Origin: Marinicellulosiphila megalodicopiae
Lineage (GTDB): Bacteria; Pseudomonadota; Gammaproteobacteria; Pseudomonadales; Natronospirillaceae
Direction: 5' to 3'
Assembly (NCBI RefSeq): GCF_045862395.1
Contig: NZ_AP023087.1
Span: forward strand, 4,282,450-4,314,449
Length of the DNA: 32,000 nucleotides
Under the pieces are notes generated by a model that saw only the letters and a list, made by a program, of their open reading frames with translations, ran no database searches and was not told where the DNA came from. Both the position numbers and the translations under genes were made by a program. Shown here one piece after another: positions 25,185 through 32,000 of this stretch (position 1 is the stretch's first letter; each line of letters opens with the position of its first letter).

Positions 25185-27029
25185 TCAGTCCAGCAAATCC
25201 AAGTTACGAACCGCCCCCTTATCAGCAGAAGTCGCCAACAAAGCATAAGCCTTCAAAGCGCCCGTTACTTTACGAGCTCTTACTTCCGTCGGTTTCCAAG
25301 CGTCTTTGCCTTTTGCTTCCATCGCATCACGACGAGTTTGTAATTCTGCATCGGTTAAGTCGACGTTGATTGAACGCGCTGGTATGTTGATTAAAATCGT
25401 ATCGCCTTCTTCTAGCAATGCAATTGCACCGCCTTGCGCGCCTTCTGGTGAAGCGTGTCCGATGCTTAGTCCAGATGTGCCGCCTGAGAAACGTCCGTCT
25501 GTTAATAATGCACAGTCTTTACCTAACCCTTTTGATTTAAGATAGGTGGTTGGGTATAACATTTCTTGCATGCCTGGTCCGCCTTTAGGACCTTCGTAAC
25601 GGATGATGACGACATCACCTTTTACAATTTTGTCGGCTAAGATGGCTTTTACTGCGCTGTCTTGAGATTCAAAAATACGTGCACGACCTGTAAATACGTG
25701 AATACTTTCGTCTACACCTGCTGTTTTAACCACACAACCATCAAGGGCGATGTTGCCTTTTAATACAGCCAAACCACCTTCTAATGAATACGCATGTTCT
25801 AAAGAACGGATACAACCATTTGCACGATCTCCGTCTAACGTCGGGAAACGTGTTGACTGGCTAAATGCAGTTTGAGTTGGAATACCTGCTGGGCCTGCAC
25901 GATAAAACTCTTTCACTTTAGGGTCAGTAGTTTGCATGATGTCGTATTTAGCTAACGCGTCTTTCATGGTTTTGCTGTGCACAGTAGATACGTCGGTGTG
26001 TAAAAATCCACCACGATCTAGCTCGCCCAATATCGCCATGATGCCGCCGGCGCGATGCACGTCTTCCATGTGATAAAGTGGAGAGTTTGGTGCAACTTTA
26101 CATAACTGTGGCACTTTACGTGACAACTCGTCCATGTGAGACAAGTCAAAATCGATGCCGCCTTCTTGTGCGATGGCTAATAAATGCAAGATGGTGTTGG
26201 TTGATCCGCCCATTGCAATGTCTAGTGTCATTGCGTTTTCAAATGCTTTGCGGTTTGCGATGTTACGCGGTAAAACTGACTCGTCATCTTGCTCGTAATA
26301 TTTACGAGTGATATCCACAATCGTACGACCAGCCTCTAAAAATAACTGTTCACGATCTGAGTGAGTGGCTAATGCTGATCCGTTACCAGGCAGCGCAAGG
26401 CCTATCGCCTCTGCTAAACAGTTCATTGAGTTAGCAGTGAACATTCCCGAACATGAACCACATGTTGGACAGGCTGAGCGCTCGTATTCGGCTACTTTTT
26501 CATCACTTGCTGAATCATCAGCAGCAATGACCATTGCGTCTACTAAGTCTAATTTGTTTTCTGAAAGCTTAGTTTTACCGGCTTCCATTGGACCGCCTGA
26601 CACAAAAATAACAGGGATATTTAAGCGCATTCCCGCCATCAACATGCCCGGTGTGATTTTGTCACAGTTTGAAATACATACAATCGCATCGGCACAATGT
26701 GCGTTAACCATGTATTCAACAGAGTCAGCGATGATTTCACGCGATGGCAAAGAGTACAACATACCGTCGTGACCCATTGCGATGCCGTCATCTACTGCGA
26801 TGGTGTTAAATTCTTTTGCTACGCCGCCTGCTTTTTCAACTTCGCGGGCTACTAGTTGCCCCATATCTTTTAAATGAACGTGCCCTGGTACAAATTGAGT
26901 GAACGAGTTTGCAATGGCAATAATTGGCTTTTGAAAATCGTCATCTTTCATGCCAGTGGCGCGCCACAATGCACGAGCACCCGCCATATTACGGCCTTCG
27001 GTTGAGGTTTTAGAACGATACTTTGGCAT
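25185..27029 (-). CDS. ilvD: Dihydroxy-acid dehydratase
   Basis: 614 aa, collinear with E. coli IlvD from [22 protein letters not shown] through [13 protein letters not shown] and [15 protein letters not shown]. Confidence 0.97.
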   Translation of the reverse strand: MPKYRSKTSTEGRNMAGARALWRATGMKDDDFQKPIIAIANSFTQFVPGHVHLKDMGQLVAREVEKAGGVAKEFNTIAVDDGIAMGHDGMLYSLPSREIIADSVEYMVNAHCADAIVCISNCDKITPGMLMAGMRLNIPVIFVSGGPMEAGKTKLSENKLDLVDAMVIAADDSASDEKVAEYERSACPTCGSCSGMFTANSMNCLAEAIGLALPGNGSALATHSDREQLFLEAGRTIVDITRKYYEQDDESVLPRNIANRKAFENAMTLDIAMGGSTNTILHLLAIAQEGGIDFDLSHMDELSRKVPQLCKVAPNSPLYHMEDVHRAGGIMAILGELDRGGFLHTDVSTVHSKTMKDALAKYDIMQTTDPKVKEFYRAGPAGIPTQTAFSQSTRFPTLDGDRANGCIRSLEHAYSLEGGLAVLKGNIALDGCVVKTAGVDESIHVFTGRARIFESQDSAVKAILADKIVKGDVVIIRYEGPKGGPGMQEMLYPTTYLKSKGLGKDCALLTDGRFSGGTSGLSIGHASPEGAQGGAIALLEEGDTILINIPARSINVDLTDAELQTRRDAMEAKGKDAWKPTEVRARKVTGALKAYALLATSADKGAVRNLDLLD

Positions 27030-27065
27030 AACTTTGCACCTTTATATGTAATTAAATAATAAGCC

Positions 27066-27185
27066 GGGGGTCGGATCCATTTCTTGATGGATCACCTTAA
27101 ATTGTGCCTCTAGTTTTTTGGATCTGACCCCAACCTTGTTGCATTGATAATAAAAAACGAGCAAAAAATTGGATCCGACCCTAAG
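27066..27185. repeat. Cluster of short REP-like repeats with a GGATC[CT]GACCC core
   Basis: GGGGGTCGGATCC (27066-27078, inverted copy), GGATCTGACCCC (27120-27131) and AATTGGATCCGACCCTAAG (27167-27185). Confidence 0.6.
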
Positions 27186-27273
27186 CTAAACGCATTGATT
27201 AAAACAACGGCTTGTAATGAGTTGAATTTGGTGGGTATTTAACACTATTTTGCGAATTTTTTATACCGCATTT

Positions 27274-27741
27274 TTAATGAGATAAGTCTTTTTCATTTGT
27301 TTGAAAAGTTAACGCTGAAAGTATCCAAGGCAAAATAACTAAGCTAAAGATCGCTAGACTTAAATATAAGTATTCTGCAAATATTAAAATATTCAAACAA
27401 GACAGGATGCTAAACCCTAATAATCCAGCGAGCTTTCTTTTTAGAACAAGAAAACCTAAGTAAACCAAAAGTATATTAAGTGCCATATAAACAATGGAAA
27501 GCATCAAAAAGAACACAACGACCGATGCCAATTCTTTTAACCAATGCAACTCTAATGAAGCAAAAAAATCAGCAAACAGAAAACTGACTCCAAAAATATT
27601 TAAAATTAGGAGCATCACCCCCACCACTATCAATGTATTTAAGGCCATCGAAATTCGTACGATCATGTCTGAAATTAAAAATAATACTTTAATTGTTCTG
27701 TCCATAATAAACTCTTCGACGATTAGAATATTTCTTGGCAA
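27274..27741 (-). CDS. Hypothetical small polytopic membrane protein
   Basis: 155-aa ORF, very hydrophobic (4-5 helices). The true start may be the internal Met (MDRTIKV...). It is bracketed by 19-bp direct repeats. Confidence 0.4.
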   Translation of the reverse strand: MPRNILIVEEFIMDRTIKVLFLISDMIVRISMALNTLIVVGVMLLILNIFGVSFLFADFFASLELHWLKELASVVVFFLMLSIVYMALNILLVYLGFLVLKRKLAGLLGFSILSCLNILIFAEYLYLSLAIFSLVILPWILSALTFQTNEKDLSH

Positions 27742-27821
27742 TTGGATCTGACCCTAGGTTATTTCTAGGTTATTTTTTTGCTGGAAGTGTCAGGGGCGAT
27801 CAAAAATGGATCCGCCCCCTG
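27740..27821. repeat. Second cluster of the same REP-like repeats
   Basis: AATTGGATCTGACCCTAGG (27740-27758) matches the copy at 27167-27185 at 17 of 19 positions. The imperfect hairpin GGGGCGATC-aaaaat-GGATCCGCCCCC spans 27793-27819. Confidence 0.6.
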
Positions 27822-27837
27822 GATTAAAATCTTTGGG

Positions 27838-28827
27838 TTAGATTTCTGAAATGTTGATTTCGCGAACGTCGTTCATTACTGCTTGGTTGGCTTCATCACG
27901 AAACATTAATGCTTCTTTTGCTCCGGTTTTTGAAATCACTGATTCGCAATTGATCATGCCTAAGCGTAAAGAATATAACGTGTCTTTACCCTGTGCTAAC
28001 CCTGCTACAAAACCAGATGCTAATGAATCGCCTGCGCCTGTAGTCTCTACTACTTGTACGTTATTTGATGGACGTGCGTGGTATAGTTTTTCACGATCCC
28101 ATACGTATGAGCCGTCTTTTCCGTTTGTGATCACTAAATATTTAGGTGGTAGATGACGCATCATGTCCATTAATTCAGGTACGGATTTTACGGCACCGGA
28201 ATTTAAGCCAAGAAACTCGCAAGCTTCTTCTTTGTTCATGATTAATACTTCTAGATTATCAATTAATGGCTTTAATTTTTCATAGCCTTGCACGGCTTGG
28301 TATGACGATGGGTTGAAGGCAAATTTTGCTTCGGTCATCTGTGCAATTTTAACGATGGTTTCAAATGACTCGTGCATCATTGACGATGAGTAAATCCACT
28401 TAGTGTCTAATTCACCCACTTCGTCGATGTGTAATGTGTCGTTCACACCTTTATAAGTCAAAATGGTACGGTCGCCGCTCATTGAGTCCATTACAAAAGA
28501 AAAACCCGAGGTTAAGCCTTTTGCACGCGGGCCTAAGAATTGGACTTTTTCTTCTTTAAGCATATCAACAATGAATTCGCCGTTTGAATCGTCGCCGATT
28601 TTACCTAAAAAACCTGTATTTAAACCTAAACGCGCAAAGGATACGGCTGTGTTGGTTCCGCCGCCGCCTGTGGTTTGGTTCATTTTGTTAATTAGGACTT
28701 TTGAGCCTAACGGGAATGCGATGAATTCTTCTTTATGGTGACGCGTATCAATACGCACTAAATCCGAATCGGTTGAAACAAACGTGTCCACTAGCGCACT
28801 GCCAATGGTGATGACATCAAAACTCAT
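27838..28827 (-). CDS. PfkB-family carbohydrate (ribokinase-like) kinase
   Basis: GG motif TTGGGGTNTAV and PfkB signature ETTGAGDSLASGF. Confidence 0.85.
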   Translation of the reverse strand: MSFDVITIGSALVDTFVSTDSDLVRIDTRHHKEEFIAFPLGSKVLINKMNQTTGGGGTNTAVSFARLGLNTGFLGKIGDDSNGEFIVDMLKEEKVQFLGPRAKGLTSGFSFVMDSMSGDRTILTYKGVNDTLHIDEVGELDTKWIYSSSMMHESFETIVKIAQMTEAKFAFNPSSYQAVQGYEKLKPLIDNLEVLIMNKEEACEFLGLNSGAVKSVPELMDMMRHLPPKYLVITNGKDGSYVWDREKLYHARPSNNVQVVETTGAGDSLASGFVAGLAQGKDTLYSLRLGMINCESVISKTGAKEALMFRDEANQAVMNDVREINISEI

Positions 28828-28939
28828 AAGTAACCTTCTTATTATCGATCGCTGTTGCGATATGGCTATAAAATATGGAGGCTATTCTGCCTGATTTTGG
28901 GGCTTTATTGTAGTTCTATTTGAGCTAACTGAAAGTACA

Positions 28940-29482
28940 TTAAATTTGCTTTTTATTAATGAGATAACCACTTTGCACAATTTCATTAGAGAACACGTTT
29001 GAATATTGAATTTCGCATTTAATTGGTTGCTCTAATGATCCAAACAAAGAGATGCCACCCCCCAATAATACAGGAATAGTGGTGATGATTAATTCGTCGA
29101 TTAGGTTGGCTTGTAAAAATTGTTGAATGGTATTTCCGCCGTCTATGTAAGCGTTTTTAAATCCTAACGTTTTGATTTGCTGCATGATTTGTTGTGGGTT
29201 GCCTGACATTATTTGGATTTTGTCTTCACAACCATTTGGTATGGTTTTCATGGATTGACTTAATACTACGACGGGTTTTGTGTAAGGCCAGTCGCCGTCA
29301 AAACTCGCCACTAAATCAAAGGTGTTTTTGCCCATCACTATCACGTCGATTCGATCCATTAGATCGGCATACCCCATGTCACTGCCGTCTTTGTTTTGGA
29401 TGTCGTGTAACCAATCGACTTGGTTATTTTTATCGGCTATGTATCCGTCTAGGCTGGTGGCGATGTATACGATGTTTGTCAT
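28940..29482 (-). CDS. Dihydrofolate reductase family / RibD C-terminal domain protein
   Basis: MTNIVYIATSLDGYIADKNN... is the typical N-terminus of this family. I moved the start to Met34 of the track ORF (28940..29581) because the upstream extension overlaps the GH3 terminator hairpin. Confidence 0.7.
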   Translation of the reverse strand: MTNIVYIATSLDGYIADKNNQVDWLHDIQNKDGSDMGYADLMDRIDVIVMGKNTFDLVASFDGDWPYTKPVVVLSQSMKTIPNGCEDKIQIMSGNPQQIMQQIKTLGFKNAYIDGGNTIQQFLQANLIDELIITTIPVLLGGGISLFGSLEQPIKCEIQYSNVFSNEIVQSGYLINKKQI

Positions 29483-29568
29483 GGCATGCTCTATGGTTTT
29501 ATTTTGGAGGTGATTGTATGTGGGTTGGAATGGCACTGTCACGTGTTCATTATTTAAAATGCAGATAC

Positions 29569-29597
29569 AAAAAAGGCCCACTTAAAAGTGAGCCTTT
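29569..29597 (-). terminator. Rho-independent terminator of the GH3 gene
   Basis: On the minus strand: AAAGGCTCAC-ttttaa-GTGGGCCTTT (10-bp stem, one mismatch) followed by T6. Confidence 0.6.
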
Positions 29598-29613
29598 GAG
29601 AATAAAAAATCAA

Positions 29614-31554
29614 TTATTCGTAAGTTAAGCCATATCCAAAATCGTATAATGGACTGTAAGATGGATCGCCAAAATTAAACGCATCACCTATACTTTCAGG
29701 CCATGAAAATGACAATTTGCCTTTAAAGTCATAATTGATTTCATCGGCGTCATTTTTAAATAATACCTCTGCAATACCGTCACCTTCACTGCCTGGTAAC
29801 CATGCGGCTACAAATGCATCCGATTGTGCAATTTCGTCTGTGATGACTCTTGGTCGACCTGATACAAAAATACCGACAACTGGAATGCCTGCTTCTTTAA
29901 ATTGCTGTATTGCAAGTAGGTCTTTTTTGGTGGCTGCTTGATATTCTAATGTGACTCCATCTTGCTCATAGTCGGTAACGGCTTCAATGTCACGATCCCC
30001 GAAAAACTCTGCGTAAGGGGTTTCACCAAATACATACACCACGACATCGGGCTTGTTCATTTCATCAAACTCACCGACTTCACTAAATGTGATATTTTCT
30101 GCTGATACTGTATTTTGAATGCCTTCTAAAATACTGGTTGCACCGACGTAGGCATCGTTATCGAAACCTGTTCCCTGCCAAGACAAGGTCCAACCGCCGT
30201 GCTGATTTGCCATGTTGTCGGCACTTAACCCTGCTACTAATACTTTTTGATTTCTGCTTAGTGGTAATAAATGGTTGTCGTTTTTAAGTAACACTAATGA
30301 TTCACGAACGGCTTGACGGGCAACGTCTCTGCTTTCTTGTGAGCCTAATAATGTTGATTGACCCGCTAACGCTCGATCTGATGGTTGAACTTGATCAAAC
30401 AAACCCATGTTCTTTTTAACGGTTAAGATGCGCTTTACTGCGTCGTTGATTCGATCTTCGCTGATCTCGCCCGCCTTTACTTCTGCAATGGTATTGGTGA
30501 TAAAGTCTTTCCATGCCCAAGGCACCATAAACATATCAATGCCTGCATTCACTGCTTGTGGGCAGGATTCTCTTATACAGTTTTCTACTTCTGCATGTCC
30601 GTCCCAGTCACCAATGACAAACCCTTCAAAGCCCATATCACCGCGTAACACATCGGTTAATAGGTATTTATTGCCATGCATTTTTTCGCCCAGTGCACTT
30701 GAGTAAGACACCATGACTGTTTGTACGCCAGCATCAATGGCAACAGGGTAACCCGCGCCATGAATGGCAAGTAACTCTTCTAATGTGGATTTATTTTCAG
30801 CACGATCGTCGCCGTTTACTGTTCCGCCGTCGCCAATGAAATGTTTGGCTGTGGCAATAATATGATTTGAATTTAAAAACTCGTCAGAATCTGTGACATC
30901 ACCCTGTAAACCTCGAACGATGTCGTCAGCTAAATTAGCCACAATAGATGGATCTTCGGAATAACTTTCGTAGGTTCTGCCCCATTTATCATCACGTGTC
31001 ACTGCAAGTGTGGGTGCAAATGTCCAGTCTACGCCGGTTACACGTACTTCTTGTGCGGTGATTTCGCCTATTTTTTGCATGAGTTCTGGGTTGTTTGCCG
31101 CGCCTAAACCAATGTTATGAGGAAATACTGTCGCGCCAATGGCATTACTATGACCGTGCACCGCATCAGTTCCCCACATAATTGGAATCCCAATTCGGCC
31201 GTTGGCATCGGATATAGACTCGTTGAAGTATTGGTTTGCATAGTACAACCAATTACCTACGGTGAATTCCTCAACGACAAAAGGAATGCCTCCTCCATTT
31301 AAGACACTGCCTAGGTGGTATTTTTCAATGTCACCTTCTTCTATATAACGTATTTCAGCTTGTACCATTTGGCCGACTTTTTCTTCTAGTGTCATTAGCG
31401 AGACAATGTCATCGATTGTCGTTACGCTAATATCTACCATGCTGTTATCAACCAAGTCTTCAGTCATGGTTTCAGAATCATTATTTGAATCATCGGAACA
31501 CGCACTCATTGTGGTTACGACTGCTAAAGCAATCATCCCTTTAGTTAAGCTCAT
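29614..31554 (-). CDS. Glycoside hydrolase family 3 beta-glucosidase / exo-beta-glucanase, lipoprotein-type signal
   Basis: Signal ending TTMSAC, the KHFIGDGG motif, and the nucleophile motif GFVIGDWDG. 646 aa. Confidence 0.9.
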   Translation of the reverse strand: MSLTKGMIALAVVTTMSACSDDSNNDSETMTEDLVDNSMVDISVTTIDDIVSLMTLEEKVGQMVQAEIRYIEEGDIEKYHLGSVLNGGGIPFVVEEFTVGNWLYYANQYFNESISDANGRIGIPIMWGTDAVHGHSNAIGATVFPHNIGLGAANNPELMQKIGEITAQEVRVTGVDWTFAPTLAVTRDDKWGRTYESYSEDPSIVANLADDIVRGLQGDVTDSDEFLNSNHIIATAKHFIGDGGTVNGDDRAENKSTLEELLAIHGAGYPVAIDAGVQTVMVSYSSALGEKMHGNKYLLTDVLRGDMGFEGFVIGDWDGHAEVENCIRESCPQAVNAGIDMFMVPWAWKDFITNTIAEVKAGEISEDRINDAVKRILTVKKNMGLFDQVQPSDRALAGQSTLLGSQESRDVARQAVRESLVLLKNDNHLLPLSRNQKVLVAGLSADNMANQHGGWTLSWQGTGFDNDAYVGATSILEGIQNTVSAENITFSEVGEFDEMNKPDVVVYVFGETPYAEFFGDRDIEAVTDYEQDGVTLEYQAATKKDLLAIQQFKEAGIPVVGIFVSGRPRVITDEIAQSDAFVAAWLPGSEGDGIAEVLFKNDADEINYDFKGKLSFSWPESIGDAFNFGDPSYSPLYDFGYGLTYE

Positions 31555-31671
31555 TTTCTTTATCCTATTGAAAGTGGGTTTTATTTTTATGAAGCTGGCT
31601 TTGTGATACGTAATCCTTCATAAAGTTCTTGTTTATTACTGCCATAAAACTTTACCGCCTTTTATGTTTAC

Positions 31672-31983
31672 CTAAAGTTGATTGGCTTTACGTATCTTAC
31701 CTTGATAATGATAAATACGATGCTGAATTTCTATGCCGTATTTTGTTTTTTTACAAATGATGAAATCAGGTTTGGGAATGTCTGACTCATTAATTTGATC
31801 GATAAATTTTATATCATCCACTTTTGGCTGAATATGACTTGTGATGTTTTTATTAAATTCCGTTTTGGCTTTTGGGTATTTAAAGTCGTAACTGTCTTTA
31901 ATTTTTTGGCCGTCTTCATCAAAATAATTCAGCGTAACTTTCGTGCCTTCTTTTTCAAGTTGAACATCTTGTACTCTGTACAC
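31672..31983 (-). CDS. Hypothetical protein (possibly continues beyond the window end)
   Basis: 103-aa ORF from a GTG at 31983. The reading frame stays open upstream to position 32000 (..LKDHL), so the true start may be off-window. Confidence 0.4.
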   Translation of the reverse strand: MYRVQDVQLEKEGTKVTLNYFDEDGQKIKDSYDFKYPKAKTEFNKNITSHIQPKVDDIKFIDQINESDIPKPDFIICKKTKYGIEIQHRIYHYQGKIRKANQL

Positions 31984-32000
31984 TAAATGGTCTTTTAAAT

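Noticed and set aside
25306-26772. Plus-strand ORFs inside ilvD (25306..25545, 26078..26311, 26365..26772)
   Set aside because: They are antisense shadow ORFs within a very confidently identified gene and have no motifs.
29483-29581. The 33-codon N-terminal extension of the RibD-C/DHFR-like ORF (MGLFCICILNNEH...)
   Set aside because: The extension overlaps the GH3 terminator hairpin (29569-29597). The family normally begins at the beta-strand IVYIATSLDGYIA, so Met at 29482 is the more likely start.
27494-29628. Plus-strand ORFs 27494..27751, 27851..28156, 28463..28741, 29194..29628 and 29322..29513
   Set aside because: They are antisense to the membrane ORF, the PfkB kinase and the RibD-C-like gene, and have no motifs.
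1-32000. tRNA, rRNA, tmRNA and riboswitch scan by eye
   Set aside because: I found no T-loop/acceptor-type pattern (for example GGTTCGAATCC), no rRNA-like conserved blocks, and no recognisable riboswitch cores. An eye scan is weak evidence, so tRNAscan-SE and Infernal should be run.

Overview
This is an AT-rich chromosomal window that looks gammaproteobacterial. IlvD is close to the enterobacterial protein; a marine Alteromonadales-like host is only my guess. Everything below comes from reading the sequence and ORF track by eye. No database search was possible, so all family calls rest on motifs I can point to. Layout, left to right: (1) 1-1805 is the distal end of an integron gene-cassette array. 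It has three attC sites with hybrid G|TT junctions and one sense-oriented two-gene cassette (small coiled-coil protein plus HNH nuclease). (2) About 1.9 kb of mostly non-coding DNA follows. It holds a 92-bp tandem repeat with a covarying hairpin and a 13-bp triple direct repeat. (3) Housekeeping and accessory genes come next: a SAM methyltransferase, a 936-aa PKD-repeat GH16 beta-glucanase, a divergent SDR/LysR pair, and membrane proteins of unknown function. (4) 12467-19692 is a four-gene minus-strand cluster of three large di-heme (2x CxxCH) peroxidase-like proteins plus a cytochrome P450. This may be an oxylipin or other oxidative pathway. (5) 19.7-25.2 kb is a very AT-rich island. It contains a Fic C-terminal fragment, an IS4-type transposase fragment, a gene frameshifted at an A7 tract, and a tightly overlapping three-gene operon. 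That operon (SMEK-like effector, 77-aa middle protein, coiled-coil ABC ATPase) matches the computationally defined ABC-3C conflict-system architecture and is my best candidate for the novel system. (6) The right end holds ilvD, a small membrane ORF bracketed by REP-like repeats, a PfkB kinase, a RibD-C/DHFR-like protein, a GH3 beta-glucosidase and an edge ORF. I found no rRNA gene, tRNA gene or CRISPR array.
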